Positions 1 through 10,162 of a DNA stretch of 64,000 nucleotides are shown one piece after another; within the stretch, counting starts at the first letter, position 1; each line of letters starts with the position of its first letter. The notes under the pieces are model-generated. The model ran no database searches. It worked only from the letters and a program-made list of their open reading frames with translations, and was not told where the DNA came from. Source of the DNA: Candidatus Hydrothermarchaeum profundi (GTDB lineage Archaea; Hydrothermarchaeota; Hydrothermarchaeia; Hydrothermarchaeales; Hydrothermarchaeaceae); contig MTMF02000009.1 in assembly GCA_002011125.2 (NCBI GenBank), positions 611,095-675,094 of the forward strand. Direction: 5' to 3'. A program made the position numbers and the translations under genes.

Positions 1-57
1 AATGTCCTCTCCATTCTTCTTGTTTATTTATCAGGGCTAATATTCTCTCGTACAATC

Positions 58-1008
58 TTATATCACCCATAGGTCTTCTAGGATTACATTTCTAGCTAAT
101 GAGGTCCTTGTAGTCCTTACGTAGTCTTGATTTCTAATAGTCCCCATTATATCTCTAAGCTTAGCGATATTCTCAACTTCACACTCCACTAACATACCGT
201 ACTGACTGTAGGGTATTTGAACCATTGCGCGAATCTCTTTTGAATATTCTTTTTCAAGCAATGAATAAAGGTCGTTAAATTTTGCATATAGCGCGTCAAC
301 TTGTATAAAAGCCTTAATAAAATTCCACTCTCTACTTGGATATACATTTGGCTTAATTACGACCGAATAACCTCTAATTACCCCTTTTTCTTCGAGATCT
401 TTAACGTCTAACCTATTTACCTTCCGTGGATCTTTTTGTAATTTTACTAGGACCTGCCTATCAAATTTTACTTTTTCAAGTTCAGCGGCTCTTTCTTCGA
501 AGTCCTCAGAATCGAAAGTAGAATTCCAGAATTTTTTTATGCATCTCGGTATTTCAACCTGTGTCGTGAGATAATTATGGATTTTTTCTCCTCCCATCTT
601 TGTTAAAACACGGTGGACAAACTCTTCAGCAAGTCTCCCCCTAGTGCCTTCAGTTAGACCTATTAAAATAAAATCGGGTTTTCCTATTAAATCATAAACT
701 GCCAATAGATTCCTCCCTGATACTTTTCCAATATTTTCATTTATTGAATCAGTTACGCGTTTGAAATTTTCTCTCACATTGATGAACGCATAAAAAGGCG
801 TCAAACCCTTAAGCGCAGGGTCGATAACCGCAGAATACCTGTCTATTATGAAATCTACTTTTTTTCGCTCCCGCTTAAAATCTTCTACCTCGATTTCTGG
901 AATATGCTTTTTAATACTTTCGAAAATCTCTTCATCAGATTTAAGGGAATAGTTTCTAAGTTCCCTTAGGATATAAAAATCAATTTCATGTGTGCATACG
1001 TCGGTCAT
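58..1008 (-). CDS. Lrp/AsnC-family regulator-like protein with two tandem Lrp modules
   Basis: N-terminal 'EIDFYILREL...IIDRYSAVIDP..G' and a second 'FDRQVLVKLQKDPR...LEEKGVIRGYSVVI' match Lrp HTH signatures; each is followed by a RAM-like domain (last one ends VRTTRTS). Confidence 0.6.
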   Translation of the reverse strand: MTDVCTHEIDFYILRELRNYSLKSDEEIFESIKKHIPEIEVEDFKRERKKVDFIIDRYSAVIDPALKGLTPFYAFINVRENFKRVTDSINENIGKVSGRNLLAVYDLIGKPDFILIGLTEGTRGRLAEEFVHRVLTKMGGEKIHNYLTTQVEIPRCIKKFWNSTFDSEDFEERAAELEKVKFDRQVLVKLQKDPRKVNRLDVKDLEEKGVIRGYSVVIKPNVYPSREWNFIKAFIQVDALYAKFNDLYSLLEKEYSKEIRAMVQIPYSQYGMLVECEVENIAKLRDIMGTIRNQDYVRTTRTSLARNVILEDLWVI

Positions 1009-1120
1009 AAATTACACCTCAAAATGTTAAGCCCAAAATTTTGTAAAAGGGCGTTTATTTTTTTACCAAAATGTATTAATATAGGTTTATTAATATTACC
1101 ATGCTATTCGAGGGATAGCT

Positions 1121-2545
1121 ATGTATCTTATTCTCGGTTGTGGGACAGCAGGTTATTTAGTTGCTAATAGATTACATGAGCAAAAAAAAGACATAGTGAT
1201 TGTTGATAAAAGTCCAGAGAGAGTGAAAGGTCTAAAAGAGATGGGGTTTAGGAAAGTTATCGAGGGGGACATGACGTCTACCGAAACTCTAGCTGAGGCG
1301 AAAATAGGTAAGGCCGAGGCGGTTTTAATTCTCACCACAGATGTCGACTTGAATAAAAAAGCCATAAAGGCAGTTAAAAAAGTTAACCCAGAAGTTCCAG
1401 TAATTGTTAGAGCCGGGGTATATAGTACTGAAGAGGATTTTAAAGAGGATGAAGCTGAGGTTGTGATATATCCCACGGACGTGGTTGCAGAATATGCGCT
1501 ATCTAGCTTAGAAAAAATAGAGTTTAAAAAGAAGATGAAAAAACTTAAAAAAATAATAAAGGAAGCAGATAAAGGAGTCGCTATTGTGACTCAAGATAAT
1601 CCAGATCCAGATGCAATTGCAAGCGCACTAACATTAAAAAGAATCATTGAAGCCGAAGGTAAGAGAGCTGATATTATTTACGGTGGAGAAATCGGCCATG
1701 AAGAAAATAGAGCTCTAGTTAATTTGTTAGGGATACATTTAGTTCCATATTCAGATGTTAGAGATCTAAGGGACTACTCAAAAATTGCTTTGATCGAGGC
1801 CTCTATTCCGGGGGAAAATAATCCCTTAAATCCCGAGATAGCGCCAGATATAATCATTGATCATCATCAAGTTGATATGAAAATGGTAAAAGGCGATTAC
1901 ATAGACATCCGGCCTGAATTAGGTGCAAGTTCAACTATACTAACCCAATATCTCGTTAATATGGGCTATGAGTTAACAGAGGAGCTTGCCACTGTCCTTT
2001 TATACGGAATAAAGACGGATACTCAAAACTTTACTAGAGGTACAACTCCAGCGGATCTCAATTCAGTAGCATTGTTATATCCGAAGGCTGATCACGATTT
2101 ATTAGCTAAGATAGAAACTCCTCTAATGTCGACTGAAACATTAGATGTTCTTGGGCAAGCTATTATCAATAAAAAAATATATGGTAGTTACCTGCTTTCA
2201 AATGTGGGGTTCATAAGGGATAGAGATACACTTCCTCAGGCAGCGGATTATTTATTGAAACTTGAGGGTATTTCGACTGTGCTAGTTTATGGTATAGGTA
2301 AGGATGTTATCCACATTTCAGCGAGGAATAGAGATATTAGAATAAATCTTGGCGAAGTCATGCAAAAAGCCTTTGGGGATATAGGTCAAGCAGGAGGACA
2401 TGCCACGGCTGCTGCAGCAAAGATATCCCTAGGTCTCTTTCAAAACGTTAAGGATAAATCATCGTTATTGAACTTGGCAACCGAAGCCGTCACCGATAGG
2501 TTTCTTAATGCTGTAGGAGCGAAAGAAAAGGAAGAAAATAAATAA
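1121..2545 (+). CDS. TrkA-N (RCK) domain fused to DHH/DHHA1 phosphoesterase
   Basis: N-terminal GCGTAG Rossmann motif; DNPDPDAIAS, IIDHH and AGGH motifs. Confidence 0.85.
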   Translation: MYLILGCGTAGYLVANRLHEQKKDIVIVDKSPERVKGLKEMGFRKVIEGDMTSTETLAEAKIGKAEAVLILTTDVDLNKKAIKAVKKVNPEVPVIVRAGVYSTEEDFKEDEAEVVIYPTDVVAEYALSSLEKIEFKKKMKKLKKIIKEADKGVAIVTQDNPDPDAIASALTLKRIIEAEGKRADIIYGGEIGHEENRALVNLLGIHLVPYSDVRDLRDYSKIALIEASIPGENNPLNPEIAPDIIIDHHQVDMKMVKGDYIDIRPELGASSTILTQYLVNMGYELTEELATVLLYGIKTDTQNFTRGTTPADLNSVALLYPKADHDLLAKIETPLMSTETLDVLGQAIINKKIYGSYLLSNVGFIRDRDTLPQAADYLLKLEGISTVLVYGIGKDVIHISARNRDIRINLGEVMQKAFGDIGQAGGHATAAAAKISLGLFQNVKDKSSLLNLATEAVTDRFLNAVGAKEKEENK

Positions 2546-3336
2546 TGATAGAGGAACTGAATTCTGCGATTACCCGCTCTGTTTTAAGGCAAGTTGAAAA
2601 TGTGGCGAAATTCGGAATTTTATTTTCTGGTGGGATAGATAGTGCTTTAATTGCTCAGATATGTCAAAATTCTGGGTTAAACGGTGAATTGTATACAGTA
2701 GGGGCAAAAGGCTCCCATGATCTTGAGGTTATAGAGCTAGTGAGAGAGCATTTCATGTTGAAAATAAGGACGAAAGTATTGGAGGAAAGCGATATAGAAG
2801 CTTATGCGGCTAAGGTGATGAGAATCACCGGCTTTCATGATCCTGTGAATGTTGGTATAGGCATCCCTTTGCTTGCTGGATTTGAGTTAGCTGCTAAAAA
2901 TGGTAAAAGAGTTGTTTTAGCTGGGCAAGGCGCAGATGAGCTTTTTGGGGGATATTATAGATATTTGAAATTTTCGGACATAGATTTTCTTAAGGAAACG
3001 GAGAAAGATATAAAGCAGCTTCCGTATATTTTAAAAAAGAGGGACTATGCATTAGCAAGAGCGAATTCTATTGAATTGAGACTACCGTATTTGGATCCCT
3101 CTATAATGCAGATTGCTTCTCAAATTCCTGTGGATTTTAAAATAAGAAACGGAGTTAGAAAATATATTCTGCGAGAAATAGCAAAATTGCAGGGAGTGCC
3201 GATCGAGATAATCCAGAAGGAAAAAAAGGCAGTACAGTACTCGAGTGGAGTAACAAAGGTATTACGAAAACTAGCTAAGAAAAAAGGTAAAAAGTTGAGG
3301 GAATATTTAATAAGTATATATTTTAAAGGCACGTGA
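2545..3336 (+). CDS. Asparagine synthase C-terminal (synthetase) domain protein lacking the glutaminase domain
   Basis: FSGGIDS PP-loop, GQGADELFGGY, ELRLPYLD, K..LR motifs; only 263 aa. Confidence 0.8.
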   Translation: MIEELNSAITRSVLRQVENVAKFGILFSGGIDSALIAQICQNSGLNGELYTVGAKGSHDLEVIELVREHFMLKIRTKVLEESDIEAYAAKVMRITGFHDPVNVGIGIPLLAGFELAAKNGKRVVLAGQGADELFGGYYRYLKFSDIDFLKETEKDIKQLPYILKKRDYALARANSIELRLPYLDPSIMQIASQIPVDFKIRNGVRKYILREIAKLQGVPIEIIQKEKKAVQYSSGVTKVLRKLAKKKGKKLREYLISIYFKGT

Positions 3337-3337
3337 T

Positions 3338-3568
3338 ATGGTGGAAGAAATTGAAAGAGAAGCGGAAAAGGTTTTGAGAGAGCTTTCTCAGGTATTGGGA
3401 GAGGTGGACCTCGAGGAAACATACTATGTAGTGGAAGAAATCAACGTAACGAGAAACGACGAAAATCCGGATTTAGATAATGAATTCATAGAAATTTCAA
3501 AGAAAAACGCACCCCGGGTCGATGAGGAAGGGTATTTTATTACGGAGGTAGGTCGTTGGGTGGAATAA
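3338..3568 (+). CDS. gatC: Asp/Glu-tRNA amidotransferase subunit C
   Basis: 76 aa with 'R.DE...KNAP....GYF..E.G.W', directly upstream of gatA and gatB. Confidence 0.85.
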   Translation: MVEEIEREAEKVLRELSQVLGEVDLEETYYVVEEINVTRNDENPDLDNEFIEISKKNAPRVDEEGYFITEVGRWVE

Positions 3569-4875
3569 ATGCCGTTCAACGAACTTCGACTTACTTAGAA
3601 AAAGTTGAAGAAAAAGACCCAGAAATAAATTCATTCATAGAGATTAATCCTAAAGCAATAAAGGAAGCAAAGCAAGTTGATGAAGGAAAAAGGAAAGGCA
3701 GGCTAGCGGGTCTGGTGGTTGGAGTAAAGTCGAATATAAATGTAAAAGGTCTAAGAGCTACCTGTGCATCCAAAACGCTAGAAAACTACATTTCGCCGTA
3801 TGATGCGACGGTGATTGAGCGAGTAAAGGCGGAGGGAGGGGTGATAATAGGTATGACCAATATGGATGAATTTGCTTGCGGTAGTTCTGGTGAGACGTCC
3901 TATTTTGGGGAAACTAATAATCCTGCAGCATTGGGGAGAATCCCAGGAGGTTCTTCTTCAGGATCTGCAGCTGCAGTGGCGGCGGGTTTTTGTGATGTGG
4001 CCTTAGGTTCAGATACAGGTGGATCTATTAGAAATCCTTCATCTCATTGTGGCGTAGTAGGACTTAAACCTACTTATGGCCTAGTTCCCAGATATGGTCT
4101 AATTGATTTAGCTATGAGTCTTGATCAGATAGGACCTATCTCGAGGGATGTATATACTCTTGCATTAATGCTGGAAGTAATTGCTGGTTACAATCCGAAA
4201 GAAGCAACAACATTGAAAGTCTCAAAAAAAGAATATTCTAAGCACCTCAACAGCGATATCTCGGGATATAAAATCGGAGTGGCAAAGGAGTTTGAAAAAG
4301 TTACTGATCCTAGAATAATGAAGATAATAAAAAAGTCGTTAAAAGTTTTAGAAAGTAGGGGCGCAGAAATAAAAGAAATATTCCTACCAAACTTGGAAAA
4401 AGGTCTTCCAACATACTATCTATGCGTATTCGTCGAATTTTTTTCAGCGACCCGTAAATTTGATGGAAGGAGATATGGCTATAGGATAGAAGAAGTATGT
4501 GGTAAAGAGGTTCTGAGAAGAATACTCTTGGGGAAGTACATTAGTCAGAAAGAGTATTCAGGCAAATATTACAAAAGGGCTCTACAGTTTAGGTCCCTCA
4601 TAAAAGAAGAGTTGCTTAAAGCATTGGAGGGCGTAGATGTAATTGTAGGTCCGACTGTGCCAAAACTTCCACACAAACTTGGAACAGAAATTGAGGATCC
4701 ATTGGTCATGTATGGATATGATCTACTAACTGTTCCTGCGAACTTGGCCGGGATACCAGCTGGTGTTATAAAATCTGGGGAAGTAGGCGGGGTACCTGTT
4801 GGACTTCAAATTCAAGCAAAGCCCTTAGACGAACAGAAGATTCTAAACGTAATGTTTGCACTAGAAAATAGCTAA
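3556..4875 (+). CDS. gatA: Asp/Glu-tRNA amidotransferase subunit A
   Basis: Amidase signature GGSSSGSAAAVA and GSDTGGSIRNP; TNMDEFACGSSGE. Confidence 0.95.
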   Translation: MGGINAVQRTSTYLEKVEEKDPEINSFIEINPKAIKEAKQVDEGKRKGRLAGLVVGVKSNINVKGLRATCASKTLENYISPYDATVIERVKAEGGVIIGMTNMDEFACGSSGETSYFGETNNPAALGRIPGGSSSGSAAAVAAGFCDVALGSDTGGSIRNPSSHCGVVGLKPTYGLVPRYGLIDLAMSLDQIGPISRDVYTLALMLEVIAGYNPKEATTLKVSKKEYSKHLNSDISGYKIGVAKEFEKVTDPRIMKIIKKSLKVLESRGAEIKEIFLPNLEKGLPTYYLCVFVEFFSATRKFDGRRYGYRIEEVCGKEVLRRILLGKYISQKEYSGKYYKRALQFRSLIKEELLKALEGVDVIVGPTVPKLPHKLGTEIEDPLVMYGYDLLTVPANLAGIPAGVIKSGEVGGVPVGLQIQAKPLDEQKILNVMFALENS

Positions 4876-4901
4876 ATTACCAAAAGGTTAGGTTGTGACC
4901 T

Positions 4902-6272
4902 ATGAGGACAGATATAGGTTTTGAAATTCATGAGCAGTTAAATACGGCTACAAAATTATACTGTGATTGCCCCACAGACTATAGGAACGCTAAGCCTAAT
5001 ACAAATATTTGTGAAGTTTGCGTTGGTATACCGGGAGCTAAACCTTTTCCTGTTAATCAGGTAGCTATAGATTCGGTAATTGAGATCGCTCTGATGCTTA
5101 ATTGTGAAATTGTTAGAGAGCCGATCTATATCCAAAGGAAACATTATGATTATCCGGATCTGCCTTCGGGATATCAGAGAACTTCTTTACCTATAGGTAA
5201 GAATGGGAATTTGCTGGGAGTAGGCATCTGGGAGGTTCATTTAGAGGAAGATCCCGGGAAATATGATCCGACGAGTGGGAAGGTAGATTATAACCGGTCC
5301 GGTGTGCCCCTAGTTGAAATTGTAACTGCACCTGACTTGCATACGCCGGAAGAAGCAAGAAACTTTCTTAAAGAGCTAACAAAGGTTTTAAGTTATACCG
5401 GGAAGGTTAGATCAGAAGGCGGCACTATGAGGATGGATACCAATATTTCCATTGAAGGTGGTGCCCGAGTAGAAATAAAGAATATAAACTCGATTAAGGG
5501 GGCCTATCGGGCACTAAAGTTTGAGATAACTCGCCAGAAAAATTTGATGAAAAAAGGTAGAGCGGTAAAAAGAGAGACAAGAGCTTTCTTGGAAGCCCAG
5601 ATGATAACTAAGACCATGAGGGTCAAGGAGGAGGCAGAAGACTATAGGTATATCCCTGATCCCGATCTGCCTCCACTTCTAATATCTCAGGAAAAGATAG
5701 CTAAGATAAGAGAAATAATGCCCGAGGCACCTCATTTAAAGCTTGAGAGGTTTATGAAACAATATGAGATAGGAAGAGATGATGCATGGGCAATAACAAG
5801 TGAGATTGAGATGGCCGATTCATTTGAGGAGGTCTGCAAGTCTATGCCCGAGATAGATCCGAAATATATTGCATCTTTCTTCCGTCATTTAATTAAGAAA
5901 AAATTGAATTACGATAATATAAGTTTCCGTGAAAGTGGTTTGACATCAGAAGATATTAAAACTATAATTTCCAAATTAAATTCAAAAGAGATAACTTCTA
6001 GTGGAGCGGAGCTTGCAATAAGAGGGGTAATTGAAGAAAAAAAACCAGCTTCTGTAATAATAAATGAAAAAGGGCTTACAAGAATTGAAGAGGAAGATGT
6101 TGTTGTTAAAGCCATTGAAGAAGCTATAAAGGAAAATCCTCAGGCAGTAAGTGACTATCTGGGAGGGAAGACTGAGGCATTAAATTATATCGTGGGACAA
6201 GTTATGAAGAAGACTCGGGGTAGGGCAGATCCTGCAGAGGTATTAAAAGCGTTAAAGGCTCGTTTAAAATGA
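4902..6272 (+). CDS. gatB: Asp/Glu-tRNA amidotransferase subunit B
   Basis: GFEIHEQL, RKHYDYPDLP, HLEEDPG, DYNRSGVPLVEIVT, DYRYIPDPDLPP; C-terminal YqeY domain. Confidence 0.95.
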   Translation: MRTDIGFEIHEQLNTATKLYCDCPTDYRNAKPNTNICEVCVGIPGAKPFPVNQVAIDSVIEIALMLNCEIVREPIYIQRKHYDYPDLPSGYQRTSLPIGKNGNLLGVGIWEVHLEEDPGKYDPTSGKVDYNRSGVPLVEIVTAPDLHTPEEARNFLKELTKVLSYTGKVRSEGGTMRMDTNISIEGGARVEIKNINSIKGAYRALKFEITRQKNLMKKGRAVKRETRAFLEAQMITKTMRVKEEAEDYRYIPDPDLPPLLISQEKIAKIREIMPEAPHLKLERFMKQYEIGRDDAWAITSEIEMADSFEEVCKSMPEIDPKYIASFFRHLIKKKLNYDNISFRESGLTSEDIKTIISKLNSKEITSSGAELAIRGVIEEKKPASVIINEKGLTRIEEEDVVVKAIEEAIKENPQAVSDYLGGKTEALNYIVGQVMKKTRGRADPAEVLKALKARLK

Positions 6273-7198
6273 GGAAAGTACTTAAAACTACTCTTGGAAT
6301 AAAAAAGAGAGAGACTGTGCTGATAGTTACCGATGATAATAAGGTAGAAGTCGCTAGTATTATTGAGAGAGCAACTAAAAGCTTGAGTGATGAGGTTTTA
6401 ACTATTAAAATGATGCCCCGAAGTAGGCATGCAGAAGAACCGCCGAGGGCTGTGTCAGAGGCTATGAAAGTTAGTGATGTAGTGATAATGCCTACTACTA
6501 TGTCGCTGACGCATACCAATGCTAGAAAGAAGGCTTGTGAGGAGGGTGCCCGGATTGCCTCTATGCCTGGCATAACTCTTGAGATGCTAACTAAGGGGGG
6601 AATGAGAGCGGACTACAAAAAAGTTAAGAAGATCTCAGATAAATTAACTGAACTTCTAACAATTTCTAACTCAATAAAAATAGAATCGTCTCTAGGAACT
6701 AGCCTTACAGCTAGCTTAAAAGGTAGAAAAGGCATATCAGATAGCGGTATATTTACTGAAAAAGGTGCATTCGGTAATCTTCCAGCTGGTGAAGGTTTTA
6801 TTGCTCCGGTTGAATCTGAGTCTGAAGGTACTATAGTTTTTGACGGTTCTATAGCTGGTGTAGGAGTACTAGACTCTTTAGTTGAAGTTTCAATTCAAGA
6901 TGGAAGAGTAGTAAAAGTGCGGGGAGATAAGGGTAAGCTAGGTAGGATGCTCAGAAAATATAAGAACGCAGACCACATTGCTGAGATTGGTATAGGCGCG
7001 AATCCTAAAGCCAGAATTATAGGTAATGTGCTGGAAGACGAAAAAGTTTTAGGGACTGCACATATTGCTTTTGGAGATAATCATACTTTCGGTGGGAATA
7101 TTAGTGCAGAAGTCCACATAGACGGTATAATAAAAAGCCCTACTATTTGGCTTGATGACAGGCTCATAATGTTGGAGGGAAAATTACGCTGCCTGTAA
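6269..7198 (+). CDS. M29-like thermophilic metalloaminopeptidase
   Basis: GNLPAGE, AEIGIG.NP, LEDEK..GT.HIAFG and H.D motifs. Confidence 0.85.
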   Translation: MRKVLKTTLGIKKRETVLIVTDDNKVEVASIIERATKSLSDEVLTIKMMPRSRHAEEPPRAVSEAMKVSDVVIMPTTMSLTHTNARKKACEEGARIASMPGITLEMLTKGGMRADYKKVKKISDKLTELLTISNSIKIESSLGTSLTASLKGRKGISDSGIFTEKGAFGNLPAGEGFIAPVESESEGTIVFDGSIAGVGVLDSLVEVSIQDGRVVKVRGDKGKLGRMLRKYKNADHIAEIGIGANPKARIIGNVLEDEKVLGTAHIAFGDNHTFGGNISAEVHIDGIIKSPTIWLDDRLIMLEGKLRCL

Positions 7199-7200
7199 TC

Positions 7201-7818
7201 TTGAATGTTAAGGGGAAAAAGGCAATAGTATTTGGTGGTGGAAGAGTAGCTTCTAGGAGAACAGCTAAGCTTTTAGATGCTGGCGCAAAAGTTAAGGTGG
7301 TAGCTAAAACATTTTCTGAAAGCATTAGAAAAATGAGTAGCAAGAATCTTCAAATGGTGGAAGAAGATTTAAATAATATAAATATTAGCAATTTGATAAA
7401 GGAAGGAGACTTGATTTTTATTTCTACTAATGATAGAAATCTTAATGATAAAATAGAAAAAGAAGCGAGAAGACAGCGGAAGCTCGTAAATAGAGCTGAT
7501 GGAGTTAGTGATTTTGTGATCCCAGCAAGTCTAAAGGTTGGTGATGTTTTGATATCTATTTCTACTGAGGGTAAGAGCCCAGCCGTAGCTAAAGCCCTTA
7601 AAAAACGCATTAAGAAAACAATTACACAGGAAGATATTATGTTGGTAGAGTTGCAAGAATTTGCTAGGAGTATTCTTAAGAGAAAATTTAAAGACCAGCA
7701 ATTGAGAGAGAGTATACTACGGGAAATCATTAGCATGCCTGAAATATTAGAATACCTCAAAATCGGTGATACTGCAAAAGCTAAAAGATTAGTTTTAGAT
7801 CATTTGGAGGAGGCATAA
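7201..7818 (+). CDS. sirC: Precorrin-2 dehydrogenase / sirohydrochlorin ferrochelatase (SirC/CysG N-terminal type); true start possibly ATT at 7183
   Basis: GGGRVASRR, VNRAD...DFVIPA, ISISTEGKSP; heads the hem cluster. Confidence 0.88.
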   Translation: MNVKGKKAIVFGGGRVASRRTAKLLDAGAKVKVVAKTFSESIRKMSSKNLQMVEEDLNNINISNLIKEGDLIFISTNDRNLNDKIEKEARRQRKLVNRADGVSDFVIPASLKVGDVLISISTEGKSPAVAKALKKRIKKTITQEDIMLVELQEFARSILKRKFKDQQLRESILREIISMPEILEYLKIGDTAKAKRLVLDHLEEA

Positions 7819-9197
7819 TGCACACGGTAAATATGAGGGTTACTCATCATACAGCCGATATACCTACTCTAGAGCTCTTTGCATTTAAAGATGTCAAAAA
7901 AGCTTTGGAGGACCTAATTTCTTTACCTTCCATTAAAGAATGTGTGATCATCCAAACATGTAACCGAGTTGAGATTTTTGCCGCAGGAGATGATATCGAT
8001 GATGTTTGGCATGATTTAAGGGACTATGTAAGTAGAGATGTTATACTGAAAATGAAGGAGAAACTGGAAGTCTCCCATGGGCTACCTCCAGAAAGTATCG
8101 TAGAACATGTGAAAATGATGTCTAAGAAGTATCACGAAATAATTGAAACAGAATTTCATACATCTGCGTTAAGACATCTTCTAAGATTAACTTCTGGCAT
8201 TGAGTCGATGATAGTTGGTGAAGATCAAATACTAGGGCAGGTAAGAGAAGCATTTAATCTTGCAAAAGAAACCGGTACAGTAGGGCCTCATTTTGATAAC
8301 ATATTCACTAAGGCTATAAATGTTGGAAAATTGGTTAGGAATAGGACTCAAATAAATAGAGGAGCTGTATCAATAGGCAGCGCAGCGGTTGAATTAGCTG
8401 AATCGACGTTAGGAACCTTAGAAGGAAAGAGCGTGCTCCTTACGGGAGCGGGTAAAATGGGTAAACTTGTTACAAAGTCTTTAAAGGAAAAAAATCTGGC
8501 TAGGACGTATGTAGTTAATAGGACTTACGAAAGGGCAGTTAAAGTCGCTAAAGAATTGGGAGGAGAAGCGCTACCCTTCTCTGAATTAGAAAGAGGTATA
8601 AGAGAAGTAGACTTAGTTATAACAGCTACTTCTGCTCCCGGAGTACTCTTAACCAAAGAGATGGTATCCAACGCGTTAAAAGAAAGAAGAAAAAAAGGCA
8701 TCGTTATAATAGATGTTGCTATTCCAAGAGATGTTGATGAAGAAGTTGGAAAGCTGAGGGGTGTTAAGCTTTTTAACATCGATGGGCTTAGAGAAATTGC
8801 AACAAAAAATAGGATAAAAAGAGAAAAGGAAGTAATAAAAGTTGAAAAAATCATTGAAAAAGAACTATCCCTATTGATAAAGCAGGTTTACAGACTAGAC
8901 ATAGAAGATGTGGTTAAAGTGCTTTTTGAGAAAGCTGAAAAAATTCGTAGAAGGGAACTAGATAAGGCATTAAGAATGCTGGGGAATGGTATAGGTGAAA
9001 GAGAGAAAAAGATAGTTGATGATTTAACAAAGGTAATAATAAAAAGGACGATCTCTCCTATTGCAGATAATGTTAGGAGGGCAGCGGAGGTAGGGGACTC
9101 AGATGCTGTTGCATTTGCTCAAAAGTGGTTTGCAGAGGATGTTCATCATCACTACAGGAGGAAGCATGTTTCCGGTAAAAAGAATGAGAAGGCTTAG
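7818..9197 (+). CDS. hemA: Glutamyl-tRNA reductase
   Basis: [39 protein letters not shown]. Confidence 0.95.
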   Translation: MHTVNMRVTHHTADIPTLELFAFKDVKKALEDLISLPSIKECVIIQTCNRVEIFAAGDDIDDVWHDLRDYVSRDVILKMKEKLEVSHGLPPESIVEHVKMMSKKYHEIIETEFHTSALRHLLRLTSGIESMIVGEDQILGQVREAFNLAKETGTVGPHFDNIFTKAINVGKLVRNRTQINRGAVSIGSAAVELAESTLGTLEGKSVLLTGAGKMGKLVTKSLKEKNLARTYVVNRTYERAVKVAKELGGEALPFSELERGIREVDLVITATSAPGVLLTKEMVSNALKERRKKGIVIIDVAIPRDVDEEVGKLRGVKLFNIDGLREIATKNRIKREKEVIKVEKIIEKELSLLIKQVYRLDIEDVVKVLFEKAEKIRRRELDKALRMLGNGIGEREKKIVDDLTKVIIKRTISPIADNVRRAAEVGDSDAVAFAQKWFAEDVHHHYRRKHVSGKKNEKA

Positions 9198-10137
9198 GAG
9201 AACAAGTAAGATTCGTGAAATGGTTAGAGAAACAAGTCTAACCAAGAATGATTTAATCTATCCTATTTTTATAGATGAAACAATTGACGAGAAAACCGAA
9301 ATAAAAGCTATGCCCGGCCAATATCGCCTTCCTTTACAAGAAGTTAGAGATGAAGCCCTAGAATTAGTTAGTTTGGGGATACCCGCAGTTATTTTATTTG
9401 GTATACCCAGAAAAAAAGATGCGTTAGGCTCAGAGGCATATAATTCTAATGGGATAATCCAAAAAGCCATCAAAGAAATAAAAGATGAAGTAGGGGATGA
9501 CCTAGTTTTAATCACTGATGTATGCCTCTGTGAATATACCGATCATGGGCACTGTGGTATAGTTAAAGGAGAAAAAGTCTTGAACGACCCTACTTTAGAT
9601 TTATTAGCTAAAATGGCTGTGACACATGCAGAAGCCGGAGCGGATATCGTAGCTCCGAGTGATATGATGGACGGCAGGGTTTCTGCGGTAAGAAATGCTT
9701 TAGATGATGCAGGGTTTACTGAAACTATTATAATGTCTTATGCCGCTAAATATGCTTCTGCTTTTTATGGACCTTTTAGAGAAGCAGCTTCTTCTACGCC
9801 TGCTTTCGGAGATAGAAAGTCCTACCAGATGGATTGTGGGAATTCGGATGAAGCCTTATTGGAAGTTAAAATGGACTTAGAAGAAGGAGCGGATATTGTG
9901 ATGGTGAAACCGGCTCTTTCCTACTTGGATATAATTTACAGAGTAAAAAATGAATTTAAAGTACCAGTTGCCGCCTATAATGTTAGCGGTGAATATTCTA
10001 TGATAAAAGCAGCATCTGAGGAAGGTTTTATTGATGAGAGAAAGATAGCTTTGGAGGTTCTCACTTCAATAAAGCGTGCTGGAGCAGATTTTATTCTCAC
10101 TTACTTTGCAAAGGATGCCTCTAGGTGGCTTGAGTAA
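9166..10137 (+). CDS. hemB: Porphobilinogen synthase
   Basis: [14 protein letters not shown] Zn site, [15 protein letters not shown]; start set at ATG 9166 after a GGAGG RBS. Confidence 0.95.
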   Translation: MFPVKRMRRLRRTSKIREMVRETSLTKNDLIYPIFIDETIDEKTEIKAMPGQYRLPLQEVRDEALELVSLGIPAVILFGIPRKKDALGSEAYNSNGIIQKAIKEIKDEVGDDLVLITDVCLCEYTDHGHCGIVKGEKVLNDPTLDLLAKMAVTHAEAGADIVAPSDMMDGRVSAVRNALDDAGFTETIIMSYAAKYASAFYGPFREAASSTPAFGDRKSYQMDCGNSDEALLEVKMDLEEGADIVMVKPALSYLDIIYRVKNEFKVPVAAYNVSGEYSMIKAASEEGFIDERKIALEVLTSIKRAGADFILTYFAKDASRWLE

Positions 10138-10162
10138 TATTCAAAGTTTTAAGGGAGTAGTT

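Noticed and set aside
9103-10162. Long overlaps implied by the ORF-track starts of hemB (9103) and hemL (10076)
   Set aside because: Better starts with RBS and family-typical N-termini lie at 9166 and 10163
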